From Mayamaea pseudoterrestris (taxonomy: Eukaryota), in assembly GCA_027923505.1 (NCBI GenBank), contig BROI01000020.1:496001-560000 (forward strand): a stretch of DNA of 64,000 bases, in the 5' to 3' direction. The notes beneath the pieces were generated by a model, which was not told where the DNA came from, searched no databases, and saw only the letters and a list, made by a program, of their open reading frames with translations. The position numbers and the translations under genes were made by a program. Positions 22,580 through 39,329 of the stretch are shown here, one piece after another; within the stretch, counting starts at the first letter, position 1, and each line of letters starts with the position of its first letter.

Positions 22580-25500
22580 TTAGATGGTAACGCGAAACTG
22601 ATCAGGCGCTTCGTCCTGCATCTCCCGATTCACCTTTTCAATCATTTCTTGCACGACTTCCTCTCCTCTAGCTTCCCACTCTTTGCGGTTCCTTTGAGCA
22701 TAATTCAAGTACTCGTCACTTGAAACACCAAAGACACCGCAATCCTTTAGCTTCTTGGCAAGAGGAATGATGTAAAAGTCAAAGAAACCAATTTCGCCCT
22801 TGTACCAAGACTCACTTGGATCTTGAGCCGATCTGCCTTCCTTCCAGGCACGGAAACACTCAAAGAAGAAGCGCTCATTCCATTTACGGTAAATGTGCCA
22901 GTGCTGCATGGTATGCGAGACATCAGAAGCCTGGATTAAATGCTCAATGACAATTGTGGCTTTTCGGTCGCTAGCTTCCTTGGGGCTTTCGTGCGACACT
23001 TGCTCGGAGAATGCATTTTCCCAACGTTTATTGCGAAGAATCTTTAGCTCCTTGTCAACAATATCCGTTGCCATTACGCTATTGACAACAAGCTCCCGAA
23101 AGCGTCGGAGTTCGGCATCATTGGAGTAAATTGCCTTCCGCAAGTCAACATATGAGTCATCCATGAGCAAGTGCCAGGCAATATCCACCGAGTTCTGCTC
23201 TGCCACGCTCTTTCCCTGATAATAGTCAGCAATGTGCGCTTCCTCCTTCACCAATTGAGCATTTGGAACACCGCAGTGGTCAACATCGTGAATTAATGCC
23301 GAGAAGACACAGGCAAATTGAGTCAAAGGGTCACTCGTAATGCCGTATGTGTGGTCATGCAGAGCTTTATTCGATTCCTTGACTGACGCAACGTTGGACG
23401 GAGCAATGATTCTCGACAGGAGCTTTGAAACACTCATGGCAACATGGCTAGCATGCTCGAAGTTGTGGAAATGATTGTTGCGGTACAAGGCGGCAATGTT
23501 CGAGACGTAGTTAAAGACCTGGTCAACCACAGCCGAGTCGATTGTAATAGAATCAATATTGACGTCAGCATCATCCTTGCTGCGTACAAAGTCAGGAAGC
23601 GAAATGATTTCCTTCACCTCTTCGATTACAGCCGTGTCAGCCTGCATGTACGCATTCTCGTTGGCGGTCTGGTCACTGACTTCCAAATGTGCTGTAGCTA
23701 AGCGGCGCGCCGCAATTTGCTTTAAAATGCGAATCAAAACTTCACAATTCCACTCAATCAAGCGAGCAATCTTATCCGACACCAAGTTGCTCACTTGGTA
23801 GTCTTCTTTTAAGGCCACAGGTGCATCGCAGTCATCGTCGTCATCGGCATCGTCGCCGGACTTCGACGATCCTCCGGAAGACGACACGGCAGTGTCCGCC
23901 TTGAATGTGAGCCAAAAGGTTGACATGACTCCTTTTCCCTTGGCAACAACAACCTCTTCGCGCGGTGTGACCCAATGTCCCTTGCCGACCGAGGTGAGAA
24001 CGTCGGCCGTATCATGCGAAACTTGGATCTTGCCCTTCATGCCGGTGCTCTCTGTTCGTGATGCGGTGTTCTACGCAAAAGTGCAGTAACGCGTGTGAGT
24101 CAAGTGAGAGAGACAGTGTGTGCAAACGAAAGATGCAAGGAGGACAATAGAATACGCACCATTGTATCACCAAACAATTGGAAGCGCGACCGTTCCCCGC
24201 GAAGGACTCCTGCTGTGACTGGACCAGAATGGATGCCCACTCTCATGTCCAATTCTCCAGTGTCAGGTCCCAAAGTAGTCTCAAGTCTCTTCATAAGGAC
24301 CCTACTTCTGCTTAATATATCGCGGGCGAAGCGGCACATGATAACGGCGTGGTCCTTTTGCGGTTCTGGGACACCGGTCACTGCGACATAGCAGTCTCCA
24401 ATCGTTTCAACCTTGAAAACCCGCCGCTTCTTTGCAATTTCATCAAAAGCACGATACAAGGTCTCTAACAATGTGAATACTTGGGCAGGCTCACGCTGGG
24501 AGCTCCATGCAGTAAAACCAGAAATATCTGCGAAAAGAACTGTGGCTTCCGAAAACAAGTCGGCAATAGGTTTGCCAACGTAGCCCATCTCGCCGTCTTC
24601 AACGCCTGCCACACCGACGCCATCACCAGCCAACAGCGACTTCAAATTGCCATCATTTCGGCCAACAGCTTGCTTCTCCGCTTCCGCTTGCTCTGCATAG
24701 AGACGGTCACGAATATTGGAGGGAAAGAGACTCGAAAGAATGGCATGCGACTTGGTGGCGGCACTGAGCACGATGTTATTGCGCCTTTGAACGAACCGAT
24801 CGTAAAAAATGAAAGTCATGGCGACAAACAAAAAGATGACGCACACGGCTGCAACAACAATGCCCGGCAAAGTCGTCTTGACAGTGTTCGCATACTCTTC
24901 CGAGGAGTAGCAGACAAACGAGTAGTAGCAATGGCCCGATAGCTTGGGTGTGAGCTCAGGATTCAAATACTGGTAGAGAGGAATCTGCCTCGCGGAATAG
25001 TCGTATGCTGGATCATGCAAGTCGCCTTCTCCAAGATATGTTGCCTGCATCAGAAAATATTGTCGAGTTTGTCAGATGACAGCTTCATTCGCACCTCGCT
25101 ACATGCGCGCATGTTCCAACGTACCTTGTTTCCATTCAGCACATAGGTCGAGACCTCGCCGCAGCTATTCTGCAAGACAACATACACACCAGAGACCCCC
25201 TCTGGCAACACATTCCAAAGAAACCGATCAAACGGAACCAATGCCTGCAAGTAACCAACAACAAGTGCCGTCGGATTGCTCACTTCGGCAAACACTGGCT
25301 CCACGAGGTACGCGTGCGGCATGCTCAAGGCCTTGGCAACATTTAACTCATTGACAAGAAATTGCTCGTGGTAGGCCACATGTGTATCCGTTCCAAATAA
25401 ATCATCCTTGGCGAGCGCGGAAATGTCCACCATTTGCGTGTAAACGCCCTCTGCAGCGTAAAAGAAGAAGGAACGAGTGTTTGAGCATTCAATTGAATGA

Positions 25501-26608
25501 CAATGTCGATACGTGCTTTACACTTGTCACTCCACTCACCTCGCGCAATGGTCGCCGCGTTAAACACATTCTTGTCAAAGTAAAGCGTCTCCAGCTGGTT
25601 CGAGTTGATAAAGTACGTTGTGGATGGCAGCGGACTCACATGCCAGTACGGAGTGTAGGACGACGCCGTTTCCGCTGGCGAGCGCTCGCCACCATTTACT
25701 GCAAAAATTTGCGGATAAATGGGATCCATGGCTCCATATGTGACATCCTTGCTCGACACTAATCCAGGCGACGCCTGATACTGCTCAATGCTTTGCTGAA
25801 TCCATTGCTGCGCGTCAACACTGTAGGATTCCCAACTGACGCGGTCGCGGTCCCGGACAATGGGACTATAGACCAAACTTTCAATGCCCGACTGCTCCCG
25901 CGTGTGGCGCGCCAGTGTTTCAAAAATGTCAATGGACACAAACGGAAAGGTTTGGTTCTTCACCTCGGCGTACTCGGTGATGCTTTCCGCCAAGCCGCGC
26001 GTCGCCTGTGATTGTGATGATGATAGTTGATGATAAGTTATTAGTTGATTGCATGCAAGCGCCGTGCAATCCTTTCCCTTTTTTCAACACCAATCACATA
26101 TGACGTACCAAGTGAAGGTTCTTGACGTAAAAGGTCGACGAATCCTTGACGGTGGAAGCAAACGAATTGTACTATCGTAGCGTGAAAGACATCAAGCAAG
26201 AGAAGAAGCGTGAGTAAGTACCAGTCAGTCAGTGCCATGCTCTCCCATTCAATCAATCGTTCAATACATTCAAACACTACAACTACTTACACCCTCCATG
26301 TACTGACTCTCCTGCTCGGAGTTTAAAAAGTGAAAGGCACCCGCCGCGACGGCGGCTCCCACAATCACAATGAGCATCAATACCACCCACCGCCAGCAGC
26401 GAATGGTACTGGTTTCACGCGCCGACAGTTGCTTGATTTCCTCTTCATTCGAAAGTCCAGTTGCATGTGTAGTATGCCCGCTCGTTCCCGTGTTGGTGGA
26501 GGATTCCTCGCAGGCGCTGCTGTTTTCTTCGTCGTTGGGGGTTTCCGAATCGGAGTGAGCGTCGTTGTCGCCATGGTCCTTGTTGTTCATGAACTTGTCC
26601 ATCATCAT
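22580..26608 (-). CDS. Receptor-type bifunctional cyclase-phosphodiesterase, copy B; exons 26608-26291, 26171-26109, 26005-25540, 25450-25125, 25044-24160, 24070-22580
   Basis: Same domain order and motifs as copy A. Canonical GT-AG introns in phase; no internal stop found. Confidence 0.92.
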
Positions 26609-27135
26609 TGTAAGAGTCTCTTGCAATGGGATCCACGAGTCAAGATGCTGTGAGGTATAGATGGATTGATTTGTGACAGACTCTTGTCGTATGCCAAATG
26701 GCAAGAGGCATTTTCGGTGGCAACGTCGGAGATACGCATGCCTCCGAGGAAACGAAAAAATGGATGGCATCGTCGCAAAATGTCACTAAATGAAAGGCTT
26801 AAGCAAATTAGTGACGCCAGCTGGATCAAGGGCGCGATTGATATTGCATCGCTTAAGCCTCCTCAAAGATTCGTCTAAACGCCAAAAAGATTCACGTTCA
26901 GGGCTATAGGTAAGGATCGGATTCTGTGACTGACAATAGTCATTTGGCGTAACAAAGGGATTGGCTGACGCCAGTAGGTTGAGTAGCTACGTATTTACTC
27001 CGACCTTTGGTCGTGCCAAATCTTCTTCACTGTCAACGCGCAAGCGGCGTCCACGACCAATCTAACTGTAACAAGTGTATAAGTAGTACAGATGCATGTT
27101 CAAACGCAACTGTAATCTACAAAAAGGCATAACAT

Positions 27136-30100
27136 TTACATAGAGACCAAGCTGTCACCAGCGGAGCTTGCGCCAATCTCCCTCCGCGCCTTTTCAACCA
27201 TTTCCTGCACGACTTCTTCGCCTCTTGCTTCCCATTCCATGCGATTCCTTTGCGCGTAGTTTAAGTACTCATCACTAGACACACCAAAGACACCGCAATC
27301 CTTTAGCTTGCGAGCCAGTGGAATGATGTAAAAATCAAAGAATCCAATCTCGCCCTTGTACCAAGAAATGGAAGGATCACCACTTTCGGACCTGCCTTCC
27401 TTCCAAGCATGATAGCACTCGAAAAAGAAACGCTCGTTCCACTTGCGGTAAATATGCCAGTGCTGCATGGTATGGGATACATCACTGGCTTGAATTAAAT
27501 GCTCAATGACAATGGTTGCCTTTCGGTCAATGGCATCCTTGGGGCAATCATCGGCTGTTGCCGATTCCGAAAAGGCCGCCTCCCATCTAGCATTTCGCAG
27601 CTCCTTGAGGCTCTTGTCGACAATATCCGTTGCCATGACACTATTCACCACAAGCTCCCGAAATCGACGGAGTTCATCGTTGGTAGTGTAAATTGCTCGA
27701 CGGAGCGCCTCGTAGGACTCATCCATGAGTAAATGCCAGGCAATATCCACAGAATTTTGCTCGGCAACGCTCTTGCCCTTGTAGTATTCAGCCACTGGTG
27801 TGTGCTCCTTGATGAGCTGGGCATTGGGGACTCCGCAGTGATCAACGTCATGGATCAATGCACTGTAGATGCAGGCAAACTGAGTTAAAGGATCACTCGT
27901 GATTCCGTACGTGTGGTCGTGCAACGCCTGGCCGCTGCCGGCAACGTCGGCGGGGGCCACAATGCGAGACAGTAACTTGGAAACCGACATTGCAACGTGC
28001 GAGGCATGTTCAAAGTTGTGAAAATAGTTGTTTTGGTACATGGCGGCAATGTTGGAAATGTAGTCAAACAGCTGGTCAATAACCTCGGCGCTTATCGCAA
28101 CGGATTCCTCGGCTGCCGACTCTTTGCAGCTTTTATGATCAAAATCAGGAAGGTGTATGATTTCTTGCACTTCATCAATGACGAGCAAATTCGCTTGCAT
28201 GTATCGATTCTCGTCAACGGCGGCACTCATCCGCTTGCCGCCGGTGGCCTTTCGTCTAGCATGCATTTGTTTGAGGATGCGGACCAGTACCTCACAGTTC
28301 CATTCAATCAGGCGTGTCGTTTTCTCTGTACTAGACGAAATCTGCTTGCACGGCTCGGCGGTAAAGTCGACAGAGGCGCTGCCGCAATCTTCCGTGCCAG
28401 AGTCGTTCGAGCCACTGGTGGAGGCAGCGTACGATGACTCCTTCTTGATTGTCAGCCAGTACGTGGTCATTTCTCCCTTGCCCTTTGCAATAACTTTGTC
28501 TTCTCGTTGACTGACCCAGTGTCCCTTGCCTACGGCAATGAGGATGTCAGCAGTCTCTTGAGTCAATTGGATCTTGCCTCGAACTCCTGTACTTTCCGTC
28601 CGTGACGCCGTGTTCTAAATGGTAGAAACGCAAGTTGTATGAGCAAGACGAAACATCAAACACACGCAATAAAGTCGATAACAGGCAAACCATACCATTG
28701 TATCCCCAAAGAGTTGAAACCTTGATCGCTCTCCTCGTAAAACACCAGCAGTGACAGGACCTGAGTGAATGCCTACTCTCATATCCAAGTCAGCGGTATC
28801 GGGCCCCAAGGTTGTCTCAAGCCTCTTGGTTAGCATATGGCACTTGCTTAACATGTCTCTGGCAAACCGGCACATGATGACGGCATGCTCTTTTTGTGGT
28901 TCAGGAACACCAGTCACCGCCACATAACAATCGCCAACTGTCTCGACCTTAAAGACTCGGCGCTTGCGTGCAATGTCATCAAAAGCGCGGTACAGCGTCT
29001 CTAGTAAGGTGAACACTTGAGCAGGCTCCCGCTGCGAACTGAAGGAGAAGTGCAGAATAAAGGAATTAGCTTTGAACCGACCACGATGAGTGCGAAAAGC
29101 CATCACGCACGCTTCAACCGCTTACCTCCATGCCGTGAAACCAGCAATATCAGCAAACAACACAGTTGACTCGGTAAAAAGATCGGCAATTGGCTTTCCC
29201 TTGTATCCCATTTCAGCATCTTCTTCGCCTGCGACACCGGCCAAGCCGTCATTCGCCAAGAGCGACTTTAGATTGGAACTTCCAGACTGCGCAGCATCCG
29301 TTTCCGTCTTTTCGGCGTATAGACGGTCACGTATATTGGACGGAAACAAGCTTGAGAGTATCGCATGTGACTTTGTGGCGGCACTTAAAACAATATTGTT
29401 GCGGCGCTGCACAAAGCGGTCGTAAAAGATAAATGTCATGGCGACAAAGAGAAAGAGGCAGCAAATGGCAGCAACCGCTGCTCCAGCCAAATTGGATTTA
29501 ACACTGCTGGCGTATTCCTCAGACGAGTAGCAAAGGAAAGAGTACGAACAATGGCCCGATAGTCTTGACGTGAGCTCTGGATTCTGATAGTCGTACAGCG
29601 GAATGGTGACTCTCGAATAGTCAAACGCTGGGTCATGCTGGTCGCCAGAGCCAAGAAACGTTGCCTAGAGAAGCAGAAGTAAACAACGCGAATGATGAGG
29701 CCGATACCGCTTACAATTTTGGCGTTTTACTGCCGCACGAATACTCCAAGGTCGCAAAACGTACCTTGTTTCCCTTTAACACATACGTCGCAACATCTCC
29801 ACAGTTGTTTTGTAGCACCACGTAAACACCAGACACTCAGTCGGGTAGTACATTCCAAAGGAAGCGGTCAAATGGCACCAACGCTTGCAAGTAACCAACC
29901 ACCAAGGCAGTCGGATCGCCCACTTCGGCAAAGACTGGCTCGACCAAAAAGGCGTGTGGGGTTTGCAGCGCCGACGAAACGTTCAAACGGTTCACCAAGA
30001 ATTGTTCATGATACGCAATATGTGAGTCGGTCCCAAAGAGCTTGTCCTTGGACAAGGCGGAAATGTCAACCTCTTGCGTATAAACGCCCTCTGTATATGC

Positions 30101-31326
30101 AGCAGTACGTGAAGGAGTAATCGTCAGTCGATTGTACGCTTGTACAAGTAGGTGCGCACACACGCTCGCCGCAGAGTCCATCAACGATTGAACATACCTC
30201 GCGCAATTGACGCAGCGTTAAAGACGGCAATATCAAAATAGGGAGTCTGCAATTGATCCGAATTGATAAAGTATGTGGTGCTTGGAAACGGACTCACGTG
30301 CCAGTATGGCGCATACGAATTGGATGTTGCTGCCGGCGATTGCTGCTTGCGTTCCGTCGCGCCTTCCTGCAGCGTAAAAATGTGAGGGTAAATGGGTGCC
30401 ATGTCTCCATACTCCACTTGACCAGAAGAAACTAGTTCGGGTGACGGCTCGTAATGATCAATGCTTCGCTGAATCCACTCTTGATGACTGACGGAATACT
30501 TTTCCCAGGCTTGACGATTGCGGTCTCGCACCAGTGGACTGTACACGAGGCTTTCAATGCCTGATTGCTCGCGGGCGTGCCTTCCAATGGTTTCAAAAAT
30601 GTGTATGGTGACAAAGGGAAAGGTTTCGTTGGCGGCTTCGGCGTACTCGGTAATGCTTTCCGACAAGCCGCGGGTTGCCTGGAAAAGTAAAAGGGAGTGG
30701 CGAGGGTGAATGAGTGAGAAATGAAGGAGATTCCATGATGCTCAATGACTTAATGATATAAATCACAGTGGTTGCAGCAAACTCAAGTCGTTTGCTTGCA
30801 GTTTCATTTCGTTTCCAAGCATACCTGATGGAGATTCTTTACGTAAAAAGTTGACGAATCTCGTACTGCCGATGAAAAGGCATTGTACTGCAAGGGGAAA
30901 GAGAGGAGCAACGTTAGTAAATAGCCTTTATACAACTCTTTATAGTAGTTACACATTCACTTTCATCTCTCAATTAAATTTCCAACTCACTCCTTCCCTA
31001 TACTGCGTCTCCTCCTGCTTGCTCAAAAAGTAGTAAGCGCCGGCTGCCACGGCCGCTCCAATCACAAGTATCAAGGTCAAAACAATGATGCGCCACAGAC
31101 GAATGGTTTTGGTTTCGCGCGCCGAAAGTTGCTTGATTTCCTCCTCGTTCGATAAACCAGACGATGACTCGTGGGGTCGGCCCGTGGAACCAGTGTTGGT
31201 GGAGGAAGTGTCGTCCTGGTGGCTGCTGCTGTCGGAGCGAGCGTCGTGGGAATCGTCGTCGGATGCAATGGAAGCATCATCGTCGTCCTTGGTTGGATTG
31301 TTAGAAGCCATTGGCTGCTGGTTCAT
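27136..31326 (-). pseudogene. Cyclase-phosphodiesterase copy C with a premature TGA at 29837-29839; exons 31326-30991, 30887-30825, 30678-30198, 30090-29765, 29664-29126, 29038-28696, 28614-27136
   Basis: Colinear with copies B and D, but NVLPEGVSG reads NVLPD*VSG (GAC TGA GTG). The frame and splice sites are otherwise intact, so this is a recent nonsense allele or a base-call error. Confidence 0.7.
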
Positions 31327-32092
31327 GTTCGAACGTCTGCTATAGAATGACTGCAAGCTGGTCGAACAAGATTCGGTGAATGGAGGCGACGACGACGAAT
31401 GAACATTGCGCGCCGGATGTTGTGAAGCTGGCGCGCCCGAAACGATGACGCACCACCGAATGAATGACCGAGGCATAGTTCGCGAGTGGTCGTGTCATGA
31501 AAATGTATATATATACCTAAATGTCCCTTCATTCGGAAACTACGTATTTCCACGACCCACACTCCCAAGGGCAATAACGAAATCTATTGACGCACTTGGC
31601 CACATCGTCAAGCGTCCGGTTACAAGCCGTTGCCACGAGCCCAATCGTCAGAGTGACTGCCGACTATTCGAAGATTCAGCGAATCAGGGCATATGCGAGC
31701 TCGATAAGTGTGGAGGTCCGCGTTTATCGCAAAAAGGCCCAACAGGCAATCACGGGCGCCATGCTGGCGTAGCAGTGGGATCAGCGGTCCAAGACAGATG
31801 TGTAGTTTACCAGGCACTTCCTTTCCATGAGGAAAAGCATCGCTTCCATCAACGATCGTCAATTTACTTCTTACTTGACTGCTCGTATAACGAACGAGTC
31901 AATGAGTCGCACTTACATCCGGCAGTTGACCGCTAGCAGCTGCGAGTAGTAGACCTCATGCCCTTATACCGACTACAACCTGAACAGCGTCCTTGACGGG
32001 TGCTGAGTACTAATGAAAATATAGAAATGAACGCATCAAGCTAATGTAAAGTTATTAAATTTCGGTCATCTGTATCGCTGTGCGAGCGCGAG

Positions 32093-35000
32093 CTAACTCG
32101 ACGGCTCGGACAAAGCTCTCAATCCCAACTCCTTGTGCACCTTCTCAACCATTTCTTGGACAACTTCCTCCCCACGGGCCTCCCATTCCTTGCGGTTGCG
32201 AATGGCATAGTTCAAATACTCGTCACTAGAGACTCCAAAAACGCCGCAATCCTTTAGTTTCTTGGCAAGAGGAATGATGTAAAAGTCGTAAAAGCCCATT
32301 TCACCCTTGTACCACGATTCACTGGGGTCTTGAGCTGCTCTGCCTTCCTTCCATGCTTGGTAGCATTCAAAGAAGAAGCGCTCATTCCACTTGCGGTAAA
32401 TGTGCCAGTGCTGCATGGTATGGGAAACGTCGCTTGCCTGGATTAAATGCTCAATAACAATGGTAGCCTTGCGATCGATTGCATCCTTTGAGTTTTCGTC
32501 CGAAGCCGCCTCTGAAAAGGCAGTTTCCCATCTCTTGTTGCGAAGGGTCTTTAGCTCCTTGTCTACAATGTCCGTTGCCATCACGCTATTGACAACAAGC
32601 TCTCGTAGGCGGCGAAGCTCATCATTGGTGCTGTAGATGGCCTTCCGCAAGTCGGTGTATGACTCGTCCATGAGTAAATGCCAAGCAATGTCAACAGAAT
32701 TTTGCTCGGCAACGCTCTTGCCTTGGTAATAGTCAGCAATTTGAGCCTTTTCATTAATGAGCTGGGCATTGGGTACCCCGCAATGGTCAACATCATGAAT
32801 GAGTGCCGAAAAGACGCAAGCAAATTGAGTTAAAGGATCGCTGGTAATGCCGTAGGTGTGGTCGTGTAAAGCTTTACCAGATCCTTCGCCACTGTCAATG
32901 TGAGATGGCGCCACAATGCGAGAGAGAAGCTTGGTGACAGACATTGTCACATGTGACGCATGTTCAAAGTTGTGAAAGTGGTTTTCACGATACATGGCCG
33001 CAATGTTGGACACGTAGTCGTAGAGTTGATCAACAACGGCGGGCGCAATGGTGATTGAATCGACGTCTGCATCCTTCTTGCTACTCTGGTCAAAATCAGG
33101 AAGGCGGATAATCTCTTGCACTTCATCAATAACCAGCTTGCCTGACTGTGTGTACTTATGCTCCTCTGCCACCAAACTCGTTCGGGTGGTCGAAGTTGAC
33201 TTTCGCCTGGCGTTAATCTGCTTGATCAGACGCAAAAGTACGTCACAATTCCATTCCACCAAACGCATTGTTTTCTCCGAAGCCAATGCCTTGGCGCGAG
33301 TATCTTCCTTACTTTCAGTGTCAACGCGAGCCGCTTCTTGTATATCATTATCGTCAAATTGCCGCGATTCGGATCCAGAGGAGGATGCCGCGTAGTTATC
33401 CTTCTTGAGCGACAACCAATACGTGGTCATTTCACCCTTGCCTTTGGCTATAACCTTGTCTTCACGTTGTGATAGCCAGTGCGCCTTGCCAACAGCAATA
33501 AGTAGTTCAGCCGTCTCCTGTGACAACTGAATCTTGCCTTTAACGCCAGTACTTTCGGTTCTTGATGCGGTATTCTGCAATTTGAGCGTAAGATAGGGTG
33601 AATGAGCAAGGACTTCAGAGTGGTATACGGAGAGTATCGGGTCGGCAATCGCACGTACCATTGTGTCCCCAAAAAGCTGCGGCAATTTACAAAATGAAGA
33701 GTGTGAGTATAAACCAACCGCCTCGAGCGAGTAACAATTTGCTATCATTGACATACCTGAAAGCGCGACCGCTCCCCTCTCAAAACCCCTGCCGTGACAG
33801 GTCCCGAATGAATGCCAACCCGCATATCAAGATCTCCAGTATCCGGACCCAGGGAGGTCTCAAGCCTCTTGGTTAATTGCCGTGTTGACGTTAGCATGTC
33901 ACGCGCAAAGCGACACATTATCACAGCATGGTCTTTTTGCGGTTCGGGTACGCCAGTGACAGCAACGTAACAGTCGCCAATAGTTTCCACTTTAAAGACT
34001 CGTCTCCGCTTGGCAATCTCGTCAAATGATCGGTACAGCGTCTCCAATAAGGTAAAAACTTGAGCAGGTTCGCGCTGGGAGCTCCACGCAGTAAACCCAG
34101 AAATATCAGCAAACAAAACGGTAGACTCCGTAAACAAGTCAGCAATCGGCTTGCCCTTGTATCCCATGTCTGCATGTGCTTCACCAGCGGCTCCGCCAAT
34201 CTGATCGCTCGAAAGCATCGACTTGAGCGTCGACGGCACGCCACCTTTGGCGTTAATGGGAGTTGCCGACTGTGCCTTCTCCGCATATAACCGATCGCGC
34301 ACATTGGACGGAAACAAACTTGATAGAATGGCATGAGACTTGGTTGCAGCATCAAGCACAATGTTATTACGCCGCTGGACAAAGCAGTCATAAAGGACAA
34401 ACGTCAGCGCCACAAACGCGAAAATGACAACGACTGAAATCACCACCGTTGCCGGCAAATTCGACTTGACGCTTTCCGAATACTCCAACGAGGAATACGT
34501 AATAAACTGATACTCGCAGTGACCTGACACCTTTGATGTTATTGTAGGGTTGATGTATTCGTACAGCGGAATCCGCTTGGCCGTATCGTCAAAGTTCGGA
34601 TCATGAAGGTCTCCGACTCCCAAAAACGTTGCCTGGAAACGAAAGAGAAGGTTTCATGGATGAGATGCAGCCCAATAGCAATCAAGGGTAGATAAGCGTT
34701 GTCAGCAATACATAAACTCACCTTGTTACCGTTCAAAATGTAAGTGTACTGCTCGGCGCAATTATTCTGAAGCACCACGTAGACTCCACTGACGCCCTCC
34801 GGCAAGACGTTTTGCAGCAAGCGATCAAAGGGCACCAAGCCTTGCAGGTATCCAACGACTAGCGCCGTCGGGTCTCCAACGCGCGATAAGACTGGCTCCA
34901 CAAGGTAGGCATGCGGTGTACTCAATGCCGACGAAACATTAAGTTTATTGTCAAGAAACTGCTCGTGGTAGGCAACGTGATTGTCCGTTCCGAACAAGTT

Positions 35001-36284
35001 GTCCTTGGCCAAGGCACCAATGTCAACAATTTGCGTAAAGACTCCCTCTTGAAACAGAGATGGTGACGAAGATGGCGCGTGAGACGTTGTTTTGTGCGCA
35101 AGCGTCGCAACCGCATCAACAAATACATATATTTATATTCACTCGCAAACACAGTATAAACTCACCTCGCGCAATGGACGCCGCATTAAACACACTACTA
35201 TCAAAGAAGCGCTGCTCCATTTGATTGGCGTTGATGAAAAAGGTGGTGGACGGCAGCGGACTCACGTGCCAGTAGGGCGCGTACGAAAACATTTGCGCCG
35301 ACGGACTGCGCGTATCGCCCGTCGTCCACGTGTAAATGGAAGGAAAAATGGGATCCATAATGTCGTATTCGACTACTTCGGACGACACTAACGACGGCGA
35401 CGGCTTGAACTGCTCCATCGACTGGTCGATCCAGCCTTGATGGTTCACCGAGTAAGTTTCCCACGCTTGTCGATCATTGTCACGCACAATGGGACTGTAC
35501 ACCAAACTCTCCATGCCCGACTGCTCCCGCGCATGCCTGGCAATGGTTTCAAACACGTCAATGGTGACAAAGGGAAACGACTCATTGTTGAGCAAGGCGT
35601 AGGCCGTGATGGTTTCCACCAAGTTGCGCGATGCTTGGTGCAGGTTGCGCACGTAAAAGGTGGATGAGTCGCGGACGGCGGAGGAAAAGGCATTGTACTA
35701 GTATAAATAAATAGAAAGAAGAGAGCGACGATTAGTGAGTCAATAGATCAAGTCATACGACTAGGTGCAAGGAAAGCGAAACATTCGAGGTACGAGATTG
35801 ATTGCCTCGAGTCAACGAGTGTGTCACGCTTGCACACGCTGTCACGCGGGTCCGTCATTCGTTCAACAATACAAGTCCTTATTCATTAACCAGTCGACCA
35901 ATCCAATACATATTCAATTCTCACATGACTCGTCACTCAAAATTCACTCACCCCTTCCTTGTAGTGATACTCGTTTTGGTCACTCAGAAAGACGTGGCCG
36001 CCGTAGGCCACGCCCGCGCCCACCACTAATATCAGCAGCAGCACCAGCCACCGCCAGCACCGAATGGTGCTTGTTTCGCGCGCCGCCAGCTGCTTGATTT
36101 CCTCGGAATTGCGGTCCGCCGCGGAGACGGAGTTGTGATTGACAGCTTTACCGAGACTGCTATTGTCGTTGTGACTGGTCGAGTCGTCGTCGTCGTCACG
36201 GACACTCACCGACACGCCATCCTCATTGTCGTCATAGTCGGCCGAGTTGACGGAAAAGTCGCCGGAGGGTTGGTCGTTGTTCAT
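32093..36284 (-). CDS. Receptor-type bifunctional cyclase-phosphodiesterase, copy D; exons 36284-35952, 35697-35166, 35047-34722, 34632-33757, 33676-33659, 33574-32093
   Basis: Same architecture, with an 18-nt LFGDTM micro-exon. All phases are consistent. Confidence 0.92.
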
Positions 36285-36883
36285 AATTGGTATGGAGGTT
36301 GTCGCGTTCTTCTTCTTCCCTGATTCGTCGCAGAAGCAATAGGAATTCGAGGCTCTTCTGCTGCTTGCTTAATTGCTCGAGACGAGAGCTGTTTCTCAAT
36401 CTTCACTCGTCAAACTAAAGATTCTCTTCCTCTTGCTATACACAAGTCAGAGCAACGCTTGCTGATTCAAAACAAGAATGGGATCACAATCAGACGGCAG
36501 CAAAGCGGGGAGGCTTCTTGCAAGTTCGTGGCTGGCTGGGATTCGAAAGGGTCACGACATTGATTGAAAAATGACTGCACGGAGAACGCCACGTTGTGAT
36601 TGTTCGTTGGGACTGGAGGCGTGACGCCATTTTCGGAATAAAATGACTAGTATTAGTAGTTTTCGGTCAATCAAGGCGTAGGCAATAACGGATGGTGTCT
36701 TAATTTTATATTGCCTTAATTTCAATGTACGACCAGCCAATTCAAGGCATATGTGTAAATAATGTCATTATTCATTTCGTTGAAATGACGTGCGGCATAA
36801 CCGGAACGACCTTTTACAATCACACTGGTTCTCGCAGCTACCACAGCAACAGCATCCATTGCACATCATCATAATATATCACC

Positions 36884-39028
<2,145 letters not shown>

Positions 39029-39329
39029 TGGTGGCGGAGCAAGGTTTGCAATTGTATCGATGATATATAGTTGTAAACCCCAGGCCGTGGTATTTCGTAA
39101 ATCTTTGTTCTCGTGATAATTGTATATTAGCATGATAGCTGCATGGAGCATCAATATCCCTTTGCTTCACAGTCACCTCTTCGCAAATGCGGCACCTCCG
39201 TCCATCGTCCAAATCAGCAAGTTTGGCTCGCGGTGTTCACCGGCATTCTAGTAAGTTACACAACTGCTACTATATATAAATTGCTACTACTGTTTGTTGT
39301 TAGCTAGCACAAAACGAAGGCGGATACAT

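Noticed and set aside
29760..29900. Selenocysteine reading of the TGA in copy C
   Set aside because: The aligned residue in paralogues is Gly, not Cys, and I could not identify a SECIS element.
31406..31936. 176-aa plus-strand ORF between copies C and D
   Set aside because: Non-ATG start, no motifs, and lies in the expected promoter region of copy C.
26812..36629. TGACGCCA / TGACG (CRE or bZIP half-site-like) words upstream of cyclase-PDE genes (26812, 26966, 36622)
   Set aside because: A short word expected by chance about once per few hundred bp for the 5-mer; no positional conservation established without an enrichment test.
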